NCBI GenBank assembly: GCA_963706595.1
Contig: OY970166.1
Coordinates: 3,648,001-3,712,000, forward strand
Direction of reading: 5' to 3'
Origin: an uncultured cyanobacterium
GTDB lineage: Bacteria > Cyanobacteriota > Cyanobacteriia > Cyanobacteriales > Nostocaceae
DNA: 64,000 nt
Part shown: positions 18,570 through 33,877 of the stretch, in pieces
How positions within the stretch are numbered: position 1 is the first letter of the stretch
Layout: the number at the start of each line of letters is the position of its first letter
Notes under the pieces: model-generated
What the model was told of the DNA's origin: nothing
Seen by the model: the letters and a program-made list of their open reading frames with translations, nothing else
Database searches by the model: none
Program-made: the position numbers and the translations under genes

Positions 18570-19373
18570 CTATATTTTCTCCACAAAGCGATCGCTCTGG
18601 GCGATAAAGTAGCCCCGTCCGATCACAAATAGCCCTAGCGCCCCGACTCCAATACCCAGGAGCGGCAACCAATTAGGTTGAGCATCTTGCAGCAGGACTG
18701 CACGATAGGCGGATACGAGATGGGACATGGGATTGAGCCAGTACCAGAATTGATAGCGATCAGGAATCACACTGATATCGTAAAAGATCGGGGTCGCATA
18801 AAACAGAAGTTGCAACAGTACGCCGACAGTGTATTTCGTGTCGTAGAAGGAGACGCTAGTTGCTGCCAGAATATAGGACAGTCCGGCGGTGAATCCCAAT
18901 TGCAGAAGCATTAAAACAGGTAACTGCCAAATGTCTGATTGCAGCGTTACCCCATCTATGAGCAGGAAGAGGAGCAAAACGGGCAAGGCCAACACAAAAT
19001 GAATCATGTGAACGAGGATCGTCACAATCGGTAGGATGATACTGGGAAACCCCGGCTGACGGATTAATGTTGCATTAGCGTTAATTACTCCGGTTGCTTC
19101 GGTTAACGAAGCCTGAAACCAAGTCCAGACCATCAACCCACAGAACACTGACGAAGCGTAGTGGGGAATACTCAGTTTTAGCACCGAGCGAAAGACCGTG
19201 GCGAACACCAGTAGTTGTGACAAGGGGTTCAACAGTGTCCAAGCGATACCGAGAACTGATCGCTTGTACCGAACTTTCAGTTCCCGTCCGACCAATTGAT
19301 AGATAAGATCGCGCAGATGTAAAACCTCTCGCCGGGAAAGTTGAGGAAACAAACCTCTGTGGACTACCTTCAT
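18570..19373 (-). CDS. Polysaccharide ABC exporter permease (Wzm-like)
   Basis: RELKVRYKRSVLGIAWTLLNP, FYATPIFY, LNPM; ATG 19373 overlaps the upstream stop (ATGA), so the longer ORF start is rejected. Confidence 0.92.
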   Translation of the reverse strand: MKVVHRGLFPQLSRREVLHLRDLIYQLVGRELKVRYKRSVLGIAWTLLNPLSQLLVFATVFRSVLKLSIPHYASSVFCGLMVWTWFQASLTEATGVINANATLIRQPGFPSIILPIVTILVHMIHFVLALPVLLLFLLIDGVTLQSDIWQLPVLMLLQLGFTAGLSYILAATSVSFYDTKYTVGVLLQLLFYATPIFYDISVIPDRYQFWYWLNPMSHLVSAYRAVLLQDAQPNWLPLLGIGVGALGLFVIGRGYFIAQSDRFVEKI

Positions 19374-20428
19374 CGCTGGAAGTCCCCCACCAATAGCTGT
19401 TTCCATTGCTGGCGTAGTCGTAATAACTGAGCTTTGAGGAGGAGTAATTTGCGATCGCTTGCTAAGTTGTATTCCAATAGCTCGTAGTAGGATATCGCCA
19501 TCCTGTTCAAACTCGGTAGCACCCAAGTCGGTGGGGATAAATTCAGGACTTCTTGCAGTTCGCTTAATAAATACCGCAGGGGCAAAACTATTTCGTAATG
19601 TTGCGCTCGCGTTACCAACTTTACCCAACGAGCTTCTTCCGAAAGAGAATTGACGAGGGCAGCAGCATCCGCAAGCCAATAAATTGGCCTCTGTGCTTGT
19701 CGGTTGTTTTGGAGACTGAGGTGTAATAGCTGATCAATCGGATTGAGGACGAGTGTGGGAAAGTTACTGATCTCAGTAGCAATGGCATCCATCCATAGCC
19801 GCTCATCTGTGTATGACTGCGGTTCAGCTTGAAAAAGATGATTGTGTAAATAGAGGGGGACAGAGAGCGTGGTTTTCGGTGATGTAGTTTGCCATAACGT
19901 TAGGGGGGTCTTGCCAAAGCGTTCGCCTGGTTGCGGTCTATAGGAATTCGACCAACCTAGTCGTTGTAGGCTATCGAGTACCGCTAGAGTTTGGCTACAG
20001 GGTACGAACAGATCAAGCCGATCAATGGGACGATGACCATAATCCGGGTAAATGGTAGACATCAGTGCCATTTCTCCCAGCATCAGAGAACGTATACCCT
20101 CCGCCTGTAATGCTTGTAAAACTTCAACAAAAGACTGTGCTAATAATTGATTGACGTACCAAGTGCGACGGTATACCCCTTTTAGACGATTAATGTGGGG
20201 ATCTTCCACACCATGCCTCACAAGGTTAGGATAGAGCATACTTAAGAGATGGTGCGATTCGGGATCAAGAGTTTCGATATCTACCGAGTTCCGCCACTGC
20301 TGCCATGCTTCTAGGGCGGGCTGTTCTCGTAAAATCGCCGCTTTTAATAGCGATCTATGCATTTTTGATGGGGGAGATTGGGAAGGACTGCTTGCGTGGG
20401 AAACTGTCTTGGCGGGCGCAATGGTCAT
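19370..20428 (-). CDS. Nucleotidyltransferase family protein (NTP_transf_5-like)
   Basis: LKGVYRRTWYVNQ, RPIDRLDLFV, DQLLH, WLADA. Confidence 0.8.
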   Translation of the reverse strand: MTIAPAKTVSHASSPSQSPPSKMHRSLLKAAILREQPALEAWQQWRNSVDIETLDPESHHLLSMLYPNLVRHGVEDPHINRLKGVYRRTWYVNQLLAQSFVEVLQALQAEGIRSLMLGEMALMSTIYPDYGHRPIDRLDLFVPCSQTLAVLDSLQRLGWSNSYRPQPGERFGKTPLTLWQTTSPKTTLSVPLYLHNHLFQAEPQSYTDERLWMDAIATEISNFPTLVLNPIDQLLHLSLQNNRQAQRPIYWLADAAALVNSLSEEARWVKLVTRAQHYEIVLPLRYLLSELQEVLNLSPPTWVLPSLNRMAISYYELLEYNLASDRKLLLLKAQLLRLRQQWKQLLVGDFQR

Positions 20429-20956
20429 CAGCTTATCGATAAATTGCTAAACAGGAAACTAAGGAGCAGGATTAGGTTTTATATCTCTAGGCAGATGTTT
20501 CAATCGCCATCAAGGCTACGGCAGATGATGTACACATTACTACCTGTGGTTGGTTTTGGCAATCAAGAAAGCAACGCCGAAGGTTTTTAAGTTGCTGGCG
20601 AGGCTGAACCGACGCAATATTTTGCAGACCTCATTTTACACAATCTTTATAAAAAATTTATTCCTAAAGATAGATACATAACTGTATTCTTGTATGGGCA
20701 GATACAGGTCTGCATTAAAGTTTATTTTTGCGTAGATAAATTAGTGCAATATGATTGAAAATTTTCAAGTTCCAGAACTGTTAATTGCGATTCTCACTTT
20801 TTACTATGATAGTAGGAGATTCCAGGCTTACTAGATTGCCGAATTATTAATATCAAACAGTTGATAATAGAATCATTCTGGTACTTTAGACAAAAGTGAT
20901 ATCTAGGAAGGACTACCCCTACAGATAATTATATTATGGATCACTAATGAATAATT

Positions 20957-22315
20957 TCATTTAAAACCCTTTGGTGACTTCTTTTGTCTCTTACCTTTGG
21001 GCTTAAATTTGTTAACTTCTGCGATGGCTTCTTGAAATAAATTATGCAGATGTATAGGCACACTGGCAATTTCTGGTAAATCTGGCTCTATAGGTTTATC
21101 GAATTCCTGCAAAAGTAAATCCAAGTTATTTGCCAGATTAAACTCTGGACGTTGTAGGAAATCTTGCAACAACTTTTCTAGTTGAATTGGATACTTTTGC
21201 GCTAAACGATGCCAAATAAAAGCATTAATACTTTTGTCTTCCAGGTAGTGGCGAATTAGTTTTTCATTACCTTCAACATTTTGCCCATCCTCATCCGAGA
21301 GAATTGCTTGCATCCTACTATAGGTTGGTAAAAACATTTGTCCCCAACGAGGATGAGAAAGAGCCGTAACTTGTTCTGCTTTTCTAAGTTCGGCAGGTAA
21401 ATCAACCTTTGGCATGACCATTTTAGTCTTGCCGGTACTCTTGTTATCTTTAAAAATTTGAGAAACTACATTGGAGTCTGCACCAACTTCTTTAGCGGCC
21501 GTTTGTATTTCTTCTTCGCTAAGGCCAGCTTCTGCTGCCATTTCCGCAAGAGATTTGGAAGAATCAATTCCTGCTTCAGCCAAACGTTTTTCAGTAATTA
21601 ACTCTTGAAATTCAGCGATTTTTTTATTTAGTTGGTATCCCGGTAATGTAATTTCATCACTGCCGAAAAAGTCTATAAACTGCTGATGATATTGCTCTAC
21701 TGATTGCCAAGCTTCCTCTAACAAGTCAGGAGCATCGCTATAAAGATTATTTTTATAGTTTTCTTTGAAATTACCAATTGCTACAGCGAGTTTTGGTTTA
21801 CCCAATTTACCCATGATTGTGTAGGGGCTAGAAAACATCCAGTAGCTATTGTCAACGGGAAAAATATGAGTTAGTAATATTTCTCCTACTTTCAAACGAG
21901 ATAATTTCTCTAAAGTTTGAGTATCGCTGGGCTTGACAATATAGTGTTTATCTGTAAGCCAGTTGGTAAACTCAAAGCCATCGGGTAGAAGATTCGTTAT
22001 GGCAAATAAGCCAATAAAACTACGATGCCAGTTTTTTAGTAAATTGTGATCCCCGGAGGCGGGGCTTTGCCCATCGCTCTCTGATAAATCTTCACAGTTT
22101 TCGATAAACAATTCTAATGGTGACTTATCACCAACTTTTCCTTCTACAAGAAAGCTATCAATGATTAAGTCTTGCTGACTACTATCTCCACTACCTTGGC
22201 GCAAATGTTCTGCTGCATAAGTTTCTAGCGCTTCTGCTAGTTCTCCTTCTGCATCTAGGACAAAATCGACTAAGGCTTGTTTTAATTCATGCGATCGTTC
22301 TAATATGGCATCCAC
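20957..22315 (-). CDS. Conserved hypothetical protein
   Basis: 452-aa ORF, GKLGKPKLAVAIGNFK motif; carries an in-frame 24-nt HIP1 insertion. Confidence 0.8.
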   Translation of the reverse strand: MDAILERSHELKQALVDFVLDAEGELAEALETYAAEHLRQGSGDSSQQDLIIDSFLVEGKVGDKSPLELFIENCEDLSESDGQSPASGDHNLLKNWHRSFIGLFAITNLLPDGFEFTNWLTDKHYIVKPSDTQTLEKLSRLKVGEILLTHIFPVDNSYWMFSSPYTIMGKLGKPKLAVAIGNFKENYKNNLYSDAPDLLEEAWQSVEQYHQQFIDFFGSDEITLPGYQLNKKIAEFQELITEKRLAEAGIDSSKSLAEMAAEAGLSEEEIQTAAKEVGADSNVVSQIFKDNKSTGKTKMVMPKVDLPAELRKAEQVTALSHPRWGQMFLPTYSRMQAILSDEDGQNVEGNEKLIRHYLEDKSINAFIWHRLAQKYPIQLEKLLQDFLQRPEFNLANNLDLLLQEFDKPIEPDLPEIASVPIHLHNLFQEAIAEVNKFKPKGKRQKKSPKGFK

Positions 22316-22440
22316 TAGTATATTTTTCGGTGCAACAGTTGCAGTTTACAGCTTTTAAGAGAGTTTTAGCATCTAACGATCGCTAGATTTTATAATTAGG
22401 AAATAAGCCCAATGAAATAAATAAACCAAGAGAGAAAAAT

Positions 22441-22471
22441 AAAAGCCCCTTCCATGATAGAAGAGGCTTTT
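22441..22471 (-). terminator. rrn operon terminator
   Basis: aaaagcccct...agaggctttt hairpin just past 5S. Confidence 0.75.
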
Positions 22472-22486
22472 ATGTTTGAAAGATAA

Positions 22487-22605
22487 ACCTGGCATCGAGC
22501 TATTTTTGCAGAGGGCTACCCCAAAACTATCGTCGCCGCAGCAGCATTTCACCTCTGAGTTCGGGAAGGGATCAGTGTGGTTCCACCGCGCAATAAACAC
22601 CAGGA
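22487..22605 (-). rRNA. rrf: 5S rRNA
   Basis: Reverse complement TCCTGGTG...CCGAACTCAGAGGTGAAA...GCCAGG. Confidence 0.95.
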
Positions 22606-22681
22606 AAAAATGGTGGGTCAGAGACCCTGAAGGCTGCACAGTAACGCGAAATAATGAGCAATTCACACAAGCAATGATCTG

Positions 22682-25509
<2,828 letters not shown>

Positions 25510-25828
25510 ACTTTTTCATTGGTGTTCTTTCTGCAAACTTTTTTTCGTTCTGTTTACTTCGTTCTTTGCACCGATTTTACTCAGCACTCAGTCAAGAAGC
25601 AATCAGGACTCTAATTCGTCTGCCTGCTTTTTTTCGCGTTACTATGCAGTTTTCAAGGTTCTGGCTGGATTATTACCCAGCAGTTCGATTGTTCTATCAA
25701 TCAATTGCTGAATCTTACCCGATCTATTATTTTATCATACTGTGCTAATGACCACAAAAATTATTATATCTATTTTTTGTCTTGTCTGACAATCAACGAT
25801 ATGATTTTTTTGCGATTTTTACACAAGG

Positions 25829-25901
25829 TGGAGATTAGCGGACTCGAACCGCTGACATCCTGCTTGCAAAGCAGGCGCTCTACCAACTGAGCTAAACCCC
25901 C
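25829..25901 (-). tRNA. tRNA-Ala(UGC)
   Basis: GGGGGTTTAGCTCAGTTGGTAGAGCGCCTGCTTTGCAAGCAGG... in the ITS. Confidence 0.96.
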
Positions 25902-25984
25902 ATCAGTCAGTTATCAGGTATCAGTTACCAGTTATCAGCTTTTTACTGATTACTGATTACTGTTGACTGTTAACTGATTTCAGG

Positions 25985-26058
<74 letters not shown>

Positions 26059-26180
26059 ATTATCCGAACCAAATCTATAGTTTGAAAGCTTCAACAAATA
26101 TTCGCGACCGACCTAGGAATGACCAACTCAGTATCTAATTGCAATTTGCTTTCGATGTTTGAGTGGATTCGGTCTCCCTA

Positions 26181-27666
<1,486 letters not shown>

Positions 27667-27842
27667 TTTGGTTTGTTTGTTTTAGCTCTTTCTTGACTAC
27701 TGTTTTTTAACTTTAGTCTCGTTATTTTATTGACTTGACGCGCAATATCTGCTGTATAATTGCTTTCAAACTATAATATTTTCAAGGTTCGGTGTGACTT
27801 CAAAACGCCGCTCTTTGGCGCTCGTCTCTCAGGCACTTATCT

Positions 27843-27871
27843 AATATAACGAGCGCTCCTATCTTTGTCAA
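27843..27871 (-). promoter_or_regulatory. rrn promoter
   Basis: TTGACA-N17-TATATT on the minus strand; boxA-like GAACCTTGAAAA near 27779-27790 and 25650-25661. Confidence 0.75.
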
Positions 27872-27981
27872 CTGTTTTTTCAATTTATTTTGAATCTATT
27901 TTTTTGTGCCTCTGAAAGCCTTATGGGGTAGGGATTTTAGGATATAGTATTCTTGGAAATTAAAAAGATAGTAATTAAATC

Positions 27982-28848
27982 GTGAGCAAATTTGGTGTTT
28001 TGCCGCCTTGGGTAGTTCTAGATCCTTTACTGCGTGGCTGGTTGCTGGAAGATATTGGTCGGGGCGATCGCACTACAAATAGCCTATTATCGGAAGATGT
28101 GACAGCAGGAACAGCTAAATGGGTGGCTAAAGCACCAGGGATAATTGCTGGCTTACCAGTTGCAGCTAGGGTGTTTGAGCTTTTAAATGAGAAAGTTAGT
28201 TTTGAGGTTGTTGTGGCTGACGGTACAAGATGTGAGCCGGGACAGGTAATAGCAGAAATTCATGGTTCTCTCGATGCGTTGCTGATGGGGGAACGGGTGG
28301 CGCTGAATTTGGCTATGGGTTTGAGTGGAATTTCTACGCTCACACATATATATGTAGAGCAAATAGCGGATTTACCTGCTCAGTTGGTGGATACGCGCAA
28401 GACTACGCCAGGGCTGAGACTGTTGGAGAAGTACGCGACGGCTGTAGGTGGGGCGATGAATCACCGGATGGGTTTGGATGATGCGGTGATGATTAAGGAT
28501 AATCATATTGCGGCGGCTGGGGGTATTGCAGAAGCTATTACCCGGATTCGTTCTCGGATTCCTTTTCCTCTGACTATTGAGGTGGAGACGGAAAGTTTGG
28601 AGCAGGTGAAAGCAGCTTTAGAGCATAAAGCGGATATTATTATGTTGGATAATATGCCTGTGGATATGATGCGTCAGGCTGTGGAGTTGATTCGTGAGCA
28701 GGATGGTAGGGTGAAGATTGAGGCTTCGGGAAATGTGACTTTGGAGACGATTCGCGCTGTGGCTGAGACTGGTGTTGACTATATATCTAGTAGTGCGCCG
28801 ATTACTCAGTCGAAGTGGTTGGATTTGAGTATGAGGATTATGGTTTAA
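27982..28848 (+). CDS. nadC: Quinolinate phosphoribosyltransferase
   Basis: EDIGRGD, DTRKTTPGLR, HRMGLDD, IKDNH, MLDN. Confidence 0.96.
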   Translation: MSKFGVLPPWVVLDPLLRGWLLEDIGRGDRTTNSLLSEDVTAGTAKWVAKAPGIIAGLPVAARVFELLNEKVSFEVVVADGTRCEPGQVIAEIHGSLDALLMGERVALNLAMGLSGISTLTHIYVEQIADLPAQLVDTRKTTPGLRLLEKYATAVGGAMNHRMGLDDAVMIKDNHIAAAGGIAEAITRIRSRIPFPLTIEVETESLEQVKAALEHKADIIMLDNMPVDMMRQAVELIREQDGRVKIEASGNVTLETIRAVAETGVDYISSSAPITQSKWLDLSMRIMV

Positions 28849-29155
28849 AGTTTAGGCTCATCATCTCACTGGAAAATTGGGATCATTGGCGAGCAAGATT
28901 TATTTCACGCAGAGGCGCAGAGGCGCAGAAAAAATGAGGATTTAGAGGGTGAAGTCTCAAAATTCCGTTTATTGGTGCGGAAAGTCTATGATTGTATGTC
29001 TACGCACCAGATTTTCAGTTGTCACTTATCATAGAAGTATAAAAACTTGTTAAACTTCTCTGTAATTAGGCTGATGCCTTAAATTTTAATCATGAATTAA
29101 AGTGTAAATTAGCCTGTAAATATAACACATTTTTTTGACGCTGGAGGAAAAATAT

Positions 29156-29332
29156 ATGTCTATTAAAGATACTTCTAAATCAGTTGGTTCAGGGATTGCT
29201 ATCTCGTCATCAAAAATAGCTTTGAACGCATTCGAGAGTTATGTTGAGGATAAGCTGAATGAAAAGACGGAGAAAAAGGAGTCTAAAAATTTAAATAATA
29301 AGGTTGATGTCAATGCACCCAAATCCTTCTGA
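29156..29332 (+). CDS. Small hypothetical protein (58 aa)
   Basis: GGAGG Shine-Dalgarno about 8 nt upstream of ATG; overlaps the start of the next gene. Confidence 0.45.
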   Translation: MSIKDTSKSVGSGIAISSSKIALNAFESYVEDKLNEKTEKKESKNLNNKVDVNAPKSF

Positions 29333-29472
29333 AATTCTCCGATTATTTTCTCATTTACAGGATCGTTTATATCATGGTGATACTGTAAAAAAAGCAATCA
29401 CTCAAATTTGTAATTATACCAGAGACACAAGTATTATTAATACGTGTCAAGTCATAGCTGAACTTCTAGAAA

Positions 29473-31056
29473 GGGACTTCCAAATAATAAATTACCCAAA
29501 AAACTTAAGAGAAAATGTTTTTTGGAGAATGATAATCATTGCTAGGGGAAGAGAAAGTGCTTGCCGTCGGCAAGCACTTTCTCTGAAAAAATCAGCATGA
29601 AAAATATCTACACTCTAAGGGCTGTAGGGTGCAGTGAAAATCAATTTATCAAAGTAATAATTTAACTATTCCTTGACCAACATTAAGTTGGCGCGCAACA
29701 GATATCAATAAACCACTTACCTAAATTCGGGAAGTGTTCAGAGTTAGAATTGGTGAGTCGCTCGATTTGTTTCTCAATTTCTGACATAGCTTGTTTAGTA
29801 AGCTTAACTCCGTTTTCGTAAGTTCGAGTTACTAATTTAACAAGAGGATGCTTACCTTTCCATGTCATATTTTGAGCAAAATTTAACGCCGTTTCTACTT
29901 CATCCAAAATACTACCATTCCAATAGTTCTCTAGGACTGCCCAAGTTCTTTCAATTGGATTGTACTTACTATGATAGGGTGGATAATAAGCTAAACGTAT
30001 GTTTAACTGATATTCCTGAGCAAACTCAATTATACGTTTCATGAACTGGGTACGTCGAGAACTGTTCTCTCCACCGTTATCTTGATTAAGAATAAGTGTT
30101 TTAATTAGAGGAAATCGCTTACTCTGTGTTTTCCAAAAGTCTACTAATACATCAACAATAAAATCACTCGTTACTTTGGATTCGGTAAAATATAAAAATA
30201 GCTCATCTAGTTCTGGAAGGAATATCCCATAAGGAGTCACAGTTGTTTTCGGATGATAATCATGGTCTTCAGTTTCAGTTGGAGTCCTGTTTTTACCACC
30301 TCGGTCAAAAGCGCCAATATTGACACGAGCTTTGGCATCAAGACTTAAACGTAAAATGCTCTTGTCATTCAAAGCCGATTGATTAACTATTGCTAATTGC
30401 TCAAAAATTGCATCCGTTTCGGGGATTTTTTTTGAGGAAGTACTTTTGCTACCCGTTTAAGTCGATAACCTAAATAATTCAATTTGATGCGAATTGTTTC
30501 TGATGTGGGTAATTCTTCATCACTATAACTAAATTTCTCTATCAACAGCTTTCTTACTTGACTTGCTGTGAGGCGTGTATATAGTCTTTGGCTTTTAAAA
30601 CTTGGGTCAGTTTGGCTTTGGGAATCAACTAATTTTTTGATATCCTCTAAAAGGTTTGGTAAATGTTCTTCTGCTTTGTAACGCCCTTTCGCCGAATAAT
30701 TATCGATACAGGTCATCCCACTAGTTAATTCTTTAATACCTTTGCGAATAGTTTTTCTATCCCATCCTAATTCTTTTTGAGCTAGTAGTTGTCCTCCGTA
30801 GCCTAAAGACATCACAGTTTGCGCTTGGAAACGCCGTCTGGCTGCACCTTTCAATTGAGTTGCTGTTTCTTTAAGCAAACTTGAGAGCGAATCAGTTAAT
30901 TCAATTGACACTCTTAGCTCCTCGAAAAATTGTACCTAACATCATTGAATTTACTACAAAAAGGGAAGTCAGGGCTACCGAACGGTAGCCCTGACTTCTC
31001 CCCTCTACAATGATTATCATTATTAGTAGTTGGGGATTTTATTCCTTGGAAGTCCC
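29473..31056 (-). mobile_element. ISAzo13-family insertion sequence (1584 bp)
   Basis: Imperfect ~26-bp TIRs starting GGGACTTCCAA, flanking AAA duplication, transposase inside. Confidence 0.92.
29683..30911 (-). CDS. ISAzo13-family DDE transposase, two ORFs joined by a -1 shift at an A8 run
   Basis: SLDAKA, DNGGEN, YPPYHSKYNPIER; PQKK|IPETDAIFEQL restored by one extra A at 30426-30433. Confidence 0.88.
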
Positions 31057-31978
31057 AAATAGAATTTGAAATAAAGTTTGAACAGGTTGATATTAATCGG
31101 CATTTTCAAGCAGTTCAAAAATTGCAAAAGCATCAGAGTTGGGTATTAGAAACATATCAAGAAATTCAAAAAAAAGTAGGTGATTATAACCGGAGATGGT
31201 CTGAACCTTTATTAAAAATAATAGATCCTCAGTTAGCCAGACTGTCACAGCTAATTATACTTCTGGACAGAGAACCTGATATTTGTGACAATAATGGAAA
31301 TGTTATCCGTCCTAATGATTTGGTTGTGTACCCTTGTAAAGATGAGAAAGATAGGTCTTATGAACACTACGGTGTAGTAAGAGCAACTCCAAATGGTTAT
31401 AGGGTTGCACATTTTTTTACAGGTGAGACAGTGAAACCAGAAGGTAAAATTGTCAGTGTGGGAATTGGATATGTCCATTTTGCTCCCCACACACCTCATT
31501 GGCTTTTTAAAGAACGTCCTGAAAAAGAGCATCCTGAAAAAGTTTCCGATATCCAAATTGAAGAGCGTATTCAGAAGTCAAAAGAAAAAATCCTCACTGC
31601 TAAAGATCCTCTCTGGAATATATTGCGCTATAACTGTGAACATTGGGCTAGAGAAATAGTCTATGGTGAACCATCATCTACACAAGCTATACGTTGAAGT
31701 GAGAAATCCAGAATATTAGACTCACATAGACGATTGTTTTATTTCATTATCTTCAGTATTAACTCTCAAATTAGGTCACTTTTGGGCTATGTTACACTAA
31801 ACTCCTCTGGTGTATGTGATTTTTTTCGTACACTAAGGCGGGCAGGATGCCCACCCCACAAGAGTTTTAGTATTAATAGCTGTATGTAACTAGATTTTAA
31901 AGCTAAAATAATTGAGCCTTTGAGAATATCTCACTATTAGGCAGGCTATAGCCTTGCACAAAAAGATAACATTTATAT

Positions 31979-33745
31979 ATGAACGCTACACAAGAACAAC
32001 TAAAATTTAAACTTGAGCAGGCTTTGGTGGCTGCTTTTGGCGATGAGTACGCCGGAGTAGATCCGATTTTGGTGACTGCGAGTAATCCTAAATTTGGTGA
32101 TTATCAGGCGAATGTGGCTTTATCGCTGAGTAAAAGGTTGGGACAGCAACCAAGGGCGATCGCCTCTGCTATTGTTGAGAAATTAGATGTATCTGATTTT
32201 TGTGAAACGCCAGAGATAGCTGGGCCTGGTTTTATCAATCTTAAACTCAAAATTTCATATTTAGAAGCACAACTCAACGCTATTCAGGCAGATTCTCGGC
32301 TAGGAGTTCCCAAGACGGAAGCGCCAAAACAAGAAATTGTGGATTTCTCTAGTCCGAATATTGCTAAAGAAATGCACGTGGGACATTTGCGTTCTACGAT
32401 TATCGGTGATTCTATAGCCCGGATTTTGGAATTTCAAGGACATGATGTTTTACGGTTAAATCATGTTGGTGATTGGGGTACGCAGTTTGGAATGTTAATT
32501 ACCTACTTGCGGGAAGTTTACCCAGAAGCTTTAACCACTGCTAATGCTTTAGATATTGGAGATTTAGTCAGTTTCTACCGCAAAGCTAAACAGCGCTTTG
32601 ATGAAGATGAGACTTTTCAAGAAACTGCGCGACTGGAAGTAGTGAGATTACAAGCAGGTGCTGAAGATACGCTTCATGCTTGGAAACTTTTATGCGAACA
32701 GTCTCGGCGCGAGTTTCAGATAATTTATGACTTGCTAGATGTGCAAGTAATTGAACGCGGAGAATCTTTCTATAATCCCCAACTTCCTTCAGTGGTGGAA
32801 GATTTGGCAAAATCTGGGTTACTGGTGGAGAATCAAGGCGCTCAGGTGGTTTTCCTGGAAGGTTTTACCAACCGGGAAGGCGAACCTATGCCTTTGATTG
32901 TGCAGAAATCGGATGGTGGTTATAACTACGCGACGACAGATTTAGCAGCTTTGCGTTATCGGGTTCAGCAAGATGAAGCTAAACGGATAATTTATGTAAC
33001 GGATTCTGGACAAAGTAACCATTTTTCTCAATTTTTCCAAGTCGCACGCAAGGCGGGATGGGTTCCTGATGATGTGGAACTGGTTCATGTTCCTTTTGGT
33101 TTGGTATTAGGGGAAGATGGGAAAAAATTTAAAACTCGTTCTGGTGATACTGTCAGGTTGCGGGATTTATTAGATGAGGCTGTGATTCGCGCCCGTGCAG
33201 ATTTAGAAGCTAGATTAAAGGAAGAAGAACGAGAAGAAACTGAAGAATTTATTAGTGAAGTTGCTGAAATAGTTGGTATCAGTGCGGTTAAATATGCTGA
33301 TTTAAGTCAGAATCGTACCAGTGATTATATTTTCAGCTACGATAAAATGCTGGATCTGAAGGGGAATACTGCTCCCTATATGTTGTATGCTTATGCACGG
33401 ATTCAGGGAATTAGCCGCAAGGGTGGAATTAATTTTGCTGAGTTGGGTGAGAATGTGAAGGTGCTTTTACAGCATGAGACGGAGTTGGCTTTGGCTAAGT
33501 ATTTACTGCAATTGGATGGGGTGATTAGTAGTGTTGAGCAAGAGTTGCTACCTAATCGTTTATGTGAATATTTGTATGAGTTGAGTAAGAAGTTTAATCA
33601 GTTTTATGATCGGAATCAGGGGGTACGGGTGCTTGAGGCTGAGGAACCTTTGCGGACTTCTCGTTTGGTTTTGTGTGATTTGACTGCTAGAACTTTGCGG
33701 TTGGGTTTGGATTTGCTGGGGATTCGGGTTTTGGAGAGGATGTAG
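31979..33745 (+). CDS. argS: Arginyl-tRNA synthetase
   Basis: [33 protein letters not shown]. Confidence 0.98.
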   Translation: MNATQEQLKFKLEQALVAAFGDEYAGVDPILVTASNPKFGDYQANVALSLSKRLGQQPRAIASAIVEKLDVSDFCETPEIAGPGFINLKLKISYLEAQLNAIQADSRLGVPKTEAPKQEIVDFSSPNIAKEMHVGHLRSTIIGDSIARILEFQGHDVLRLNHVGDWGTQFGMLITYLREVYPEALTTANALDIGDLVSFYRKAKQRFDEDETFQETARLEVVRLQAGAEDTLHAWKLLCEQSRREFQIIYDLLDVQVIERGESFYNPQLPSVVEDLAKSGLLVENQGAQVVFLEGFTNREGEPMPLIVQKSDGGYNYATTDLAALRYRVQQDEAKRIIYVTDSGQSNHFSQFFQVARKAGWVPDDVELVHVPFGLVLGEDGKKFKTRSGDTVRLRDLLDEAVIRARADLEARLKEEEREETEEFISEVAEIVGISAVKYADLSQNRTSDYIFSYDKMLDLKGNTAPYMLYAYARIQGISRKGGINFAELGENVKVLLQHETELALAKYLLQLDGVISSVEQELLPNRLCEYLYELSKKFNQFYDRNQGVRVLEAEEPLRTSRLVLCDLTARTLRLGLDLLGIRVLERM

Positions 33746-33877
33746 GAGGAGAAGATTTTAACGCAAAGGGACGCGGAGGTAACGCAGAGGTACGCGGAGA
33801 GTTTTTGGCTGGGTTTCGATGGGGGTGACGTTTCCTTTTATTATGGGTAGTAATACTAATCTGAATGTGCGATCGCT

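Larger units (their letters stand above)
29307..31697 (+). pseudogene. LRAT/NlpC-P60-like protein interrupted by an IS
   Basis: Removing the IS plus one AAA copy joins 29307-29472 in frame to 31060-31697 (267 aa); YEHYGV and YNCEHWA motifs. Confidence 0.85.

Noticed and set aside
19374..19679. Cys-rich N-terminal extension of the Wzm ORF (MACGCCC...) as a possible peptide precursor
   Set aside because: Overlaps the NTase gene in another frame; the real start is the ATGA-coupled ATG at 19373
9540..20900. Lasso peptide / RiPP cluster
   Set aside because: No asparagine-synthase-like cyclase, B2 protease, PqqD or convincing precursor seen; the exporter is Wzm/Wzt type
29473..29600. C-terminal part of the 98-aa ORF 29304-29600
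   Set aside because: Read-through into the IS end, not part of the native gene
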